Positions 30,775 to 38,736 of a stretch of 64,000 nt of DNA are shown here, piece by piece. Position numbers and translations under genes: made by a program. The stretch's first letter is position 1. Every line of letters starts with the position of its first letter. The stretch is from positions 45,004-109,003 of the forward strand of contig CAJUEO010000003.1 in assembly GCA_910585685.1 (NCBI GenBank), read 5' to 3'. This stretch comes from an uncultured Christensenella sp. (GTDB lineage Bacteria > Bacillota > Clostridia > Christensenellales > Borkfalkiaceae). The notes below the pieces were generated by a model. That model was not told where the DNA came from. It saw only the letters and a list, made by a program, of their open reading frames with translations, and ran no database searches.

Positions 30775-33183
30775 ATGAAATCTTTGAGATTAAAATTATT
30801 TTCTATAATTGCCCTTGCTGTCGCGTTTGTGGCTTGTGTAGGCGCGTTTTTCGGATTTAATTTCGCAAACGCGGACAGAAACGTAACCGTTTCGGGTTCG
30901 AGTATTTTCTACACCACGGGAAATGCCGAAGTTTGGGCGCACGAGGTTGCCGCGGAAGAGGGCGTTGAAGACAGCACTTCTACCTATTATTCTATGTTTG
31001 TCTTAAAGTCGGACGGAGACGGCGTCAATTACAGAAAAAATCTTGCTCATCATTGGTTCTATAACGCAAACTTCAAGTACGAAGACGAAAATGACAAGGA
31101 TAAAGACAATGACGAGGGCAACGAAGAGGTAAAAGTACTTGAAAAGGCGGAAGGCTTTTTCAATATGGATATAGGCTTCGAACTCGAGGACGGCAAGCTT
31201 GCTTTCAAAAAATATGTAATTACCTTTGAAAGTCAGCAGTTTTCCCAAACCAAGGACAGTAAGTCTAAAAACTATATAATATTCTATCCCACGGCTTCGG
31301 GCACCGGTCTCAACGTAGTTATAGGCAACGACGCGGAAGCGCAACTGCCCGAAAACCCCGTTGAAATCGGCTACGACAATATCAGTATCAAATTTTCCAA
31401 GAGCGAAGTCGGCGGCAACTACAATGTTACCGTATCCACGAGCGAAACTGCAAAAGTCGAGGGGGAGTTTGAGAATATAGGCGGCAACTACGCAAGATAT
31501 TCTTCCTCATCGACGACGCCCGTAACGCCTCTTTCATTCAAAGCGGAATTCGAAGAGGGTGTTACCGCAAACGCAAAAATGGTAATGTACAACCTCAACG
31601 GTCAAAGCTTTTTGCTTACAGGCACGCGTGAGTCGGACGGTCATCGCGTCGGCGGCACCGTAAACGACACTACGCCCCCCGTGCTCTGCCTTGACAAGGG
31701 AGTTTCCTTTATTCAGCTCGGCGGAGAAATTAGCTTCAGATATACCGTTGTCGACGTGCTCGCTTCCTCTCCCAGCATTACAACTTCATACTTTATGCTC
31801 ACCAAAAATCAGGTAAAAGACGGAGTCAATGCAGAGGACTACACCAACGAAAGTTTATTCAGAAAAGTAGCGGACAGCGACGACCAGAAGATGATACCCC
31901 ACGCTACTCACTATATCCCCAACTCAAACGACTTCGGCGCCGACAGCAGCTTCGGAGACCAGCTCGAGGCAAAGGCGGCGGTAAAGGTTTGCCTTAAACT
32001 TACCGATACTTCGTCGAGCGGCGGCGTTTCGGACTATGTAATGCTCGATTGGTTTGTTGAGGACGAGTTTGTTCTTAACATAGACAGTCAAAACTATATC
32101 GCAGTTGCCGAAGATACTGTCGGCACAACGTATGCATATACAGACGGCACGGCAAGCAACCCCGACTCGGAAGAGTGGGACAACCTTGTAAAGGAATATC
32201 AGGCGGCTGTTGACGAGGCGGCAAAGGACTTGCTTGCGGGCAGTAAAAACTACTTCTATCTTCCCTCGGCTGAAAAGCTGTTCAAGGACAATGCCACAAG
32301 ATATGCGGATATGACGTTTGCTATCTATTATAACAACGGCAGTCAGCAACAGCAATCGAACAAGGCGGCAAACGCGCTTTCGATAAATATCAGCAAAGCC
32401 GGCAGATATATGTTTACTATATTTGCAAACGACTCCGTAGCGAATCCTATGTACTATTACGACGCCGAGAACGAAAAGAAAGAGTTCACGACAAACGATA
32501 TCTGGAATATGTACGAGGAGAAGAAGGACAGTGATTTTGAGAATACGAGAAGGTATTTGCCTTGGTTCTACTTCGACGTTGAAGCTTCGGAAATTTCAAT
32601 AGAAACCCCCGAAGAGCAGGACACTGCGTACGTCGGCAGCAGCTATACTCCCGAATCTTTCGATATCAACGGCGTATCTTACAACACCGAATACAATTTA
32701 TATCTCTTCAATAACGACAAATATTTCGAGGATAAGGGCGTTGCTCTCACTTACGAGCAGTTTTTAGAGCAGAAGGACGAGCTTTTGAACGACGACGTAA
32801 ACAGAAAGTGGTTCACTTATATCTACTCGAGTTCCGAGCTCAACGAGGGTACCGAGGAGTACGAAAAGTATAACGAATACGCTTGGAACAGCAGTTCGCT
32901 TACCTTCGTTCCTCAGGACGAAAACGCGTTCTACCTCATTCAATGCGTCGTAAAGAGCACCACGGGCAGCGCGCAGGAAGCTACGGCGTATATGGCTATT
33001 GCTTCGGCGCCTCAGGTAAAGCCCTTGACAGGTGAAGATACCTGGGTTCGCGACAATATGATTTCCATTGTGCTTTTGAGCATTGCCGGCGTTTCGCTTA
33101 TCGGCATTGTGCTTCTCATAGTCATTAAGCCCAAGGATAAGGGTGACCTCGACGATATGGAATTGGAAAAACCCAAAAAATAA
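30775..33183 (+). CDS. hypothetical type-I membrane/surface protein (signal peptide, about 730-aa ectodomain, C-terminal TM anchor)
   Basis: N-terminal signal-like helix. C-terminal MISIVLLSIAGVSLIGIVLLIVI followed by KPKDKGD. I recognise no family. Confidence 0.6.
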   Translation: MKSLRLKLFSIIALAVAFVACVGAFFGFNFANADRNVTVSGSSIFYTTGNAEVWAHEVAAEEGVEDSTSTYYSMFVLKSDGDGVNYRKNLAHHWFYNANFKYEDENDKDKDNDEGNEEVKVLEKAEGFFNMDIGFELEDGKLAFKKYVITFESQQFSQTKDSKSKNYIIFYPTASGTGLNVVIGNDAEAQLPENPVEIGYDNISIKFSKSEVGGNYNVTVSTSETAKVEGEFENIGGNYARYSSSSTTPVTPLSFKAEFEEGVTANAKMVMYNLNGQSFLLTGTRESDGHRVGGTVNDTTPPVLCLDKGVSFIQLGGEISFRYTVVDVLASSPSITTSYFMLTKNQVKDGVNAEDYTNESLFRKVADSDDQKMIPHATHYIPNSNDFGADSSFGDQLEAKAAVKVCLKLTDTSSSGGVSDYVMLDWFVEDEFVLNIDSQNYIAVAEDTVGTTYAYTDGTASNPDSEEWDNLVKEYQAAVDEAAKDLLAGSKNYFYLPSAEKLFKDNATRYADMTFAIYYNNGSQQQQSNKAANALSINISKAGRYMFTIFANDSVANPMYYYDAENEKKEFTTNDIWNMYEEKKDSDFENTRRYLPWFYFDVEASEISIETPEEQDTAYVGSSYTPESFDINGVSYNTEYNLYLFNNDKYFEDKGVALTYEQFLEQKDELLNDDVNRKWFTYIYSSSELNEGTEEYEKYNEYAWNSSSLTFVPQDENAFYLIQCVVKSTTGSAQEATAYMAIASAPQVKPLTGEDTWVRDNMISIVLLSIAGVSLIGIVLLIVIKPKDKGDLDDMELEKPKK

Positions 33184-33194
33184 CAAATAAATTA

Positions 33195-33225
33195 AAGCGG
33201 TTGCTTAGCGCAACCGCTTTTTTTG
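33195..33225. terminator. bidirectional intrinsic terminator
   Basis: AAAGCGGTTGC-TTA-GCGCAACCGCTTT followed by a T-run. Confidence 0.8.
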
Positions 33226-33231
33226 TTTGAG

Positions 33232-33699
33232 TTATTTGTTAAAAGAAAGTGTAATTTCGTAAATAATTTTATTTAAAGTATAACCGATATTTGTGTGATA
33301 GCAGTCTGTTGTTTCATTGATTTTGATTTTAATGACTCCGTTACACACATAAAAACCGTATTCAGCTCTTTCGCCCTTAAAACTTATAAATGAAACACTG
33401 CTGTTTTCCGACTTGGCGTTAAACTCCGCGTTATCCGTAGCTTGAAAGCACGCAATCGAAAAAAGCTCTCTTACGTTTTTAAGCACGTCCTCGTCGTAAA
33501 AGTTTCCGCGCAGGTTGGGATTGTTGCCCTCGTCTGCGTACATTTCGGTAATCGCGTCGTCAAAAAACGCCCCCAAGCCTATTTGATAAGCATCTTTTAT
33601 CGGTTTCTCTCTATCGACCGTCATTGCAATTATCGATAAAATAATTGCGGCAATCGACAAAACTATTGCAATTACGGATAAAATAGATTTAAGTTTCAT
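33232..33699 (-). CDS. hypothetical N-terminally anchored membrane protein
   Basis: MKLKSILSVIAIVLSIAAIILSIIAM TM helix. GGGGG RBS 8 nt upstream of the ATG at 33699. Confidence 0.5.
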   Translation of the reverse strand: MKLKSILSVIAIVLSIAAIILSIIAMTVDREKPIKDAYQIGLGAFFDDAITEMYADEGNNPNLRGNFYDEDVLKNVRELFSIACFQATDNAEFNAKSENSSVSFISFKGERAEYGFYVCNGVIKIKINETTDCYHTNIGYTLNKIIYEITLSFNK

Positions 33700-33781
33700 A
33701 AATTTAGCCCCCAAAAATTTTTTTGTTCAATATAATTTTACATCTGAATTGAATTTTGTCAATAGAGATATCAAAAAATGC

Positions 33782-33836
33782 TTGACAAGGGTGAAATTAC
33801 ATATTATACTATTATCATATGAATAAGCATTCATAT
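33782..33836 (+). promoter_or_regulatory. promoter (TTGACA-17-TATACT) plus ArsR/SmtB-type operator ATATGAAT-AAGC-ATTCATAT
   Basis: -35 at 33782-33787 and -10 at 33805-33810. A perfect 8-4-8 inverted repeat lies at 33817-33836, overlapping the predicted transcription start. The TGAA-N-TTCA core resembles SmtB/CadC-type operators. Confidence 0.6.
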
Positions 33837-33866
33837 AAAAGCATATAATAATAACGGAGAAATAAT

Positions 33867-34220
33867 ATGGCTATAGAGTGCGGCAGCGAAAAGCTGCATG
33901 AAGAAAGAATAAAGGTTGCGCTTGAAAATATGCCTGCGGACGGGCGTATCGAGGAGATGGCGGCAAGATTTAAAGCAATAAGCGAGCCGTCGCGGCTTAA
34001 AATTTTGCTTGCGTTGGAGGGCGGAGAGCTGTGCGTGGAACACATAGTCGACGCGGTCGGCGGAAATCAAAGCGCGGTTTCGCACCAGCTTAAAACGCTT
34101 AAAGACAACAAAATCGTAAAGAGCAGGCGCGAGGGCAAAAAGATTTTATATTCCGTGTCGGACGAACACATTATGAATATGATAGAGCTTGCGAAACAGC
34201 ATTTGGACTGCGAGGAATAA
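33867..34220 (+). CDS. ArsR/SmtB-family metal-sensing repressor (CadC-like)
   Basis: ELCVEHIVDAVGGNQSAVSHQLKTLKDNKIV winged-HTH signature. Confidence 0.85.
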   Translation: MAIECGSEKLHEERIKVALENMPADGRIEEMAARFKAISEPSRLKILLALEGGELCVEHIVDAVGGNQSAVSHQLKTLKDNKIVKSRREGKKILYSVSDEHIMNMIELAKQHLDCEE

Positions 34221-34224
34221 ATTT

Positions 34225-36564
34225 ATGAAAAACATAATAAAAATTTGCGGGCTCGATTGCGCCAACTGCGCAAGGGAGCTGGAAGAGGAGATTCAAAAGA
34301 TAGACGGGGTTGCGGAAGCAACCGTCGACTTTATGGCTCAAAAGGTAATTTGCGATTGCGACGGCGCAACGCTTGAAAAAGTAAAGCATTGCTGCAACAA
34401 CTTCGAGGACGTAAAGGTTGTAGAGGAAAATCCCACTCAAAGCCGAGCGTTTGGAGAAAAAATAAAGATAGCAAACTTATGCTGCGCCAACTGCGCGAGG
34501 GAACTCGAAGAGGAGTTGAATAAGCTCGAGGGGGTTCAAGCTACCGTCGATTTTGTCAATGCGAGGGTTGTTTTAAACGCGGACTCGACGGACTCGCGCG
34601 AGAAGGCAATATATGCCATTACGCATTTCGAGGATGTGAAAATAGTCGACGGCAGCGAAAGAAAAAGGTCGTTTGTACGGGAGCATTTAAAGGATATAAT
34701 CTGCATAATTATAGGCGCGCTGTTCTTTATACCCGTATTTATAATCGACGTTATGGGTCTAACCGAAAATAATTTTACGCTGCAAATAGTTTCGTATGTA
34801 CTGTTTTCGGTTGCGTATATTTCGGTCGGGCACCCCGTGCTTATAAACACTGCAAAAAATATTATAAAAGGCAGAGTTTTCGATGAAAACTTTTTGATGA
34901 CTATTGCCTCGCTCGGCGCGATTGCGCTTGGTGTTTTTGCCGGTGACGGTTTTGCCGAGGGCGTGGCGGTAATGCTTTTGTACCAGCTTGGAGAGCTGTT
35001 GCAGGCGGCGGCAGTCGGCTCGTCGCGCAATTCAATTTCGCAGCTTATGGATTTGAAGAGCGAGAGCGCGACTATTCTTGCAGACGGGGCTTGGCGCGTA
35101 GTATCACCCGAAGAGTTGAATATCGGGGATACGATATTAATCAAAGTCGGGGAAAAGGTGCCCGTAGACTGCCGAGTGACGGACGGCGCAAGTTCGCTGG
35201 ATATGAAGAGCCTCAACGGAGAAGCCCTGCCGCGTTCGGTAAAGGAAGGGGACGAAATTTTGTCCGGCAGTATAAATTTGTCGGGGGTAATTCAAGCCGA
35301 GGTTATAAGGCGGTATTCCGACTCAGCGGTATCCAAAATACTCGAGCTTGTCGAAAACTCTACCGCCAAAAAGTCAAAGCCCGAAAAATTTATTTCTAAG
35401 TTTGCAAAGTACTATACCCCTCTTGTGTGTCTTGCGGCGGTAATTGTTGCCGCGCCGGTGCCCACGGTAATTTGCGCCGTGTCGGGCGCGTTCGGTTGGC
35501 CGACCTATCTCGATTGGATATACAAGGCGCTCAACTTCCTTGTAATTTCCTGCCCGTGCGCGCTGGTTATTTCCGTGCCGCTTTCATATTTCGGCGGTAT
35601 CGGCAGATGCGCAAAATTCGGCATTCTTGTCAAGGGCTCGACCTGCATAGACGCGCTTGCGCTTGCAAAGGTTGCTGCGTTCGACAAGACGGGTACGCTT
35701 ACGGAGGGCACTTTCGAGGTTGTTTCAAGCTCATCGAAGCAGGCGCTCGAGCTTGCGGCTGCGGCGGAAAAATATTCGTCGCACCCCATAGCCGCGGCGT
35801 TCAAAAAAATTGCGGTCACGGCGGAGGTTACGGATATAGAGGAAGTTGCCGGCAAGGGCGTAAAATGCAAGGTGGAGGGCAAAACTTTACTTTGCGGCAA
35901 CATAAAACTGCTTTTAGAAAACGCAGTCGAGTGCGAGCCGCGCGACAGCCTGTCCACGGTGGTCTACGTCGCGCTTGACGGAAAATTTGTCGGCTTTGTC
36001 GAAATTGACGACAAGATAAAGGACGACGCCGCGCAAGCTATTGCCGAGCTAAAAAGTTCGGGCGTGGAATACACCGCAATGCTTACGGGTGACAGGCGCG
36101 AGCGCGCGCAAGCCGTTGCAAACAGCGTAGGGCTGGACGGCTTTGACGCCGAGCTTTTGCCCGATGAAAAGCTGCGCATAGCCGAGTCGCTTAAACAGCG
36201 CGGCAAGCTTATATACGTCGGTGACGGAATAAACGACGCGCCCGTTATGACCGCGGCGGACTGTGCGGTTTCGATGGGTAAAGTTGGTTCGGACGCCGCC
36301 ATAGAGGCAAGCGACATAGTGCTTGTGTCAGACAATATAAACCAGTTGCCCAAGGGCAGAAAGATAGCCAAGGGAACGCGCAGGCTTGTCATCGAAAACA
36401 TAGTCGGCTCGCTGCTGGTCAAGGCGGTGATTATGGCGCTCAGCGTTGCGATAGCCGACTTTCCGCTCATTGTTTCGGTAGTGGCGGACGTGGGCGTAAT
36501 GCTGCTTGCGGTGTTAAATTCGCTAAGGACAAATCTGATGGGCGGAAGCGGCAAAAAGCGTTAA
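34225..36564 (+). CDS. cadA: heavy-metal (Cd/Zn/Co-type) P1B-type ATPase
   Basis: Two N-terminal HMA-like domains with CANCA. SCPCAL TM6 motif, DKTGTLT phosphorylation site, GDGINDAP hinge. The ATG at 34225 is used. Confidence 0.9.
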   Translation: MKNIIKICGLDCANCARELEEEIQKIDGVAEATVDFMAQKVICDCDGATLEKVKHCCNNFEDVKVVEENPTQSRAFGEKIKIANLCCANCARELEEELNKLEGVQATVDFVNARVVLNADSTDSREKAIYAITHFEDVKIVDGSERKRSFVREHLKDIICIIIGALFFIPVFIIDVMGLTENNFTLQIVSYVLFSVAYISVGHPVLINTAKNIIKGRVFDENFLMTIASLGAIALGVFAGDGFAEGVAVMLLYQLGELLQAAAVGSSRNSISQLMDLKSESATILADGAWRVVSPEELNIGDTILIKVGEKVPVDCRVTDGASSLDMKSLNGEALPRSVKEGDEILSGSINLSGVIQAEVIRRYSDSAVSKILELVENSTAKKSKPEKFISKFAKYYTPLVCLAAVIVAAPVPTVICAVSGAFGWPTYLDWIYKALNFLVISCPCALVISVPLSYFGGIGRCAKFGILVKGSTCIDALALAKVAAFDKTGTLTEGTFEVVSSSSKQALELAAAAEKYSSHPIAAAFKKIAVTAEVTDIEEVAGKGVKCKVEGKTLLCGNIKLLLENAVECEPRDSLSTVVYVALDGKFVGFVEIDDKIKDDAAQAIAELKSSGVEYTAMLTGDRRERAQAVANSVGLDGFDAELLPDEKLRIAESLKQRGKLIYVGDGINDAPVMTAADCAVSMGKVGSDAAIEASDIVLVSDNINQLPKGRKIAKGTRRLVIENIVGSLLVKAVIMALSVAIADFPLIVSVVADVGVMLLAVLNSLRTNLMGGSGKKR

Positions 36565-36587
36565 AAAATTAATGTAAAATTCAATCA

Positions 36588-36627
36588 AATTCTGCAATTG
36601 TAATTCAAACGATTGCAGAATTTTTTT
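36588..36627 (+). terminator. intrinsic terminator after the ATPase gene
   Basis: ATTCTGCAAT...ATTGCAGAAT followed by T7. Confidence 0.75.
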
Positions 36628-36692
36628 GTATATGTTATCATTGTAATATACTTGTGAAAAACGAGTGAAAAACGCAAAGGAGGTTCACTTTA

Positions 36693-38459
36693 ATGAGTGA
36701 AGAAACAAAGGAAGAAGTAGTTCCCGAAACCAACGAAGAAGTTGTTTCAGAAACTGCGGAAGGTACGCAAGCTGCGGCACAGAGTCCCTACAAGGGCTTT
36801 TTCGGAAAGGTAGATAACTTTTTCGGAATAACAAAAGCCAAGTCAAACTTTAAGGCTGAAATAGTAGCCGGTCTTACGACGTTTATGGCTATGGTTTACA
36901 TTTTGATTGTAAACCCCAGCTTGTTCAGTAACATACCCGGTGTTTCTTTTCAGGGAATGTATATAGCGACCTCCGTAGGCGCGATTATAGGCACACTGCT
37001 TATGGCGTTCCTTGCAAAAATGCCCCTTGCGCAAGCTTCGGGTATGGGCGTAAACGCGTTTGTAGTATTCAACCTTGTACTCGGCGGCGGTTTAAGCTAT
37101 CCCAACGCAATGGTGTTCACCCTGCTCGACGGCGTAATTTTTATAATTCTGACCGCAACGGGACTGCGTAAATACATATTTACCGCTATACCCGACGAAG
37201 TTAAAAAAGCAATTACCGTAGGACTCGGTATGTTTATCGCGTTCATCGGCTTGCAGAACGCAAGCGTAGTTATCGACAACGGCTCGACGCTTGTTCAGCT
37301 TGTTTCGTTAAACGTGCTTGTAAGCAACCTTGTGACATACAGCGCAGGTACTGTCGGCGCAATGCTTCCAGCATTCGTTGCATTGGCAGGCGTAATTGCA
37401 ATAGCAGTGCTTTCGCACTACAAAGTCAAGGGCGCGATACTTTGGGGTATCTTGGGCTCGACCGTTTTGTTCTATGCACTTGCAGGAATAGGCTGCCTTA
37501 TCCCCGGCGCAGATTTGATTACTTATACCGCTCCCGTAGCTTCGGAGTCGGCTCCGCTGTTCCTTGACGAAAGCCTTTCGTCCTATCTCTCCACAAATTG
37601 GAACGCTATTACAGGCGCATACGATTATACTTTGACCAACGTTCCCAAAGAGGCGTTCGAAGCGGTGTTCGGCAATCTTGCGGAAACCGAGCTTACCGTT
37701 TCCCACTTCTTTACCAACGGAGAGGCTTGCAAAGCTATATTCACAAACATTGCTTTCAGCAATCCCTTGGCGGCATTCAGCGCGTGGGGTGTTGAGTCCG
37801 CAGGTAAGGTTTTCTATGAAGGCTTCGATTTCAGCGGCTACCTCGCAGTCGGCGGCAACACCGTAGGTTCGCTTATAGTTCTTTTGATAACCTCGGCGCT
37901 TTCGCTTTGCATGCTCGATATGTTCGATACGCTGGGCACGCTTTACGGCGCATGCTCGAAGGGCGGACTTTTAGACGAAGAGGGCAACCCCTTGAATATG
38001 AACAGATGTATGCTTTCCGACGCGATAGCAACTTGCTGCGGCGCAATTGCGGGAACTTCCACCGTAACCACCTTTGTCGAGTCGTCGGCAGGCGTGGCGG
38101 CAGGCGGCAAAACAGGCTTTACAGCACTTGTAACGGGTCTGTTGTTCCTTGTTGCAATGTTCTTGAGCCCCTTGGCGCAGTTAATTCCCTCGGCGGCAAC
38201 GGCAACCGCGCTTATCTGGGTAGGCGTGCTTATGATGAGTTCCGTAACGGACATCGAGTGGACAAATCCTCTTGCAGCGCTTCCTGCATTCCTTACCATT
38301 GCGGTAATGGCGTTCGGCTATGAAATTTCATACGGTATCGGTATCGGCATTATTTCAAGCGTTATCGTAAGGGTTTGCGCAGGCAAGGTGAAGACGGTTT
38401 CCATAGTTACCTGGGTAATTGCCGCATTCTTCCTTGCAACGTTTATCTTTACCCACTAA
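36693..38459 (+). CDS. NCS2/AzgA-family purine (adenine/guanine/hypoxanthine) permease, unusually long
   Basis: NFKAEIVAGLTTFMAMVYILIVNP signature. 588 aa, against my recollection of about 430-450 aa for typical members. Adjacent to adenine deaminase. Confidence 0.8.
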   Translation: MSEETKEEVVPETNEEVVSETAEGTQAAAQSPYKGFFGKVDNFFGITKAKSNFKAEIVAGLTTFMAMVYILIVNPSLFSNIPGVSFQGMYIATSVGAIIGTLLMAFLAKMPLAQASGMGVNAFVVFNLVLGGGLSYPNAMVFTLLDGVIFIILTATGLRKYIFTAIPDEVKKAITVGLGMFIAFIGLQNASVVIDNGSTLVQLVSLNVLVSNLVTYSAGTVGAMLPAFVALAGVIAIAVLSHYKVKGAILWGILGSTVLFYALAGIGCLIPGADLITYTAPVASESAPLFLDESLSSYLSTNWNAITGAYDYTLTNVPKEAFEAVFGNLAETELTVSHFFTNGEACKAIFTNIAFSNPLAAFSAWGVESAGKVFYEGFDFSGYLAVGGNTVGSLIVLLITSALSLCMLDMFDTLGTLYGACSKGGLLDEEGNPLNMNRCMLSDAIATCCGAIAGTSTVTTFVESSAGVAAGGKTGFTALVTGLLFLVAMFLSPLAQLIPSAATATALIWVGVLMMSSVTDIEWTNPLAALPAFLTIAVMAFGYEISYGIGIGIISSVIVRVCAGKVKTVSIVTWVIAAFFLATFIFTH

Positions 38460-38472
38460 TAAATAAACTTTT

Positions 38473-38504
38473 GTTGCCCTCGCCGTTGTTACAGCGAGGG
38501 CAAC
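38473..38504 (+). terminator. hairpin after the permease gene (weak T-tract)
   Basis: GTTGCCCTCGC-N10-GCGAGGGCAAC. Confidence 0.5.
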
Positions 38505-38513
38505 TCTATATTC

Positions 38514-38533
38514 AAATAAATTTTTGTGAGATT
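38514..38533 (+). repeat. 20-nt direct repeat, copy 1 (AAATAAATTTTTGTGAGATT)
   Basis: Identical to 38709-38728. Confidence 0.95.
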
Positions 38534-38708
38534 TTCAAATTATTTGCGGCGCGGCTAAAAATCGCACTTTTTAGACGGCGCACCCGATTTGCGCAAACTT
38601 GCGCCTCAGCGAGGTGAATTTGCGTGACTTGATAATTGTGTGCCCTTATAGGTCACGCAAAGAGGGCAAGCAGCCCTCAGGTCACGAAAAATTTGTTTCG
38701 CAGAATAG

Positions 38709-38728
38709 AAATAAATTTTTGTGAGATT
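38709..38728 (+). repeat. 20-nt direct repeat, copy 2 (AAATAAATTTTTGTGAGATT)
   Basis: Identical to 38514-38533. Ends 8 nt before the ade start codon. Confidence 0.95.
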
Positions 38729-38736
38729 GATATTTT

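Noticed and set aside
36565-36692. Possible purine riboswitch upstream of the purine permease. I also looked for riboswitches upstream of guaB (14136-14173), ade, and the folate operon (THF riboswitch).
   Set aside because: The leaders are too short (38-130 nt). I could not find the conserved purine-aptamer core (UAUAAU...UAUGG...CUACC) or THF motifs. Only promoters and terminators are visible.
38375-38617. 80-aa ORF spanning the permease 3' end and the structured insert upstream of ade
   Set aside because: It overlaps the end of the permease gene, has no RBS, and gives a low-complexity Leu/Arg-rich translation. The region is better explained as non-coding; see the direct-repeat finding.
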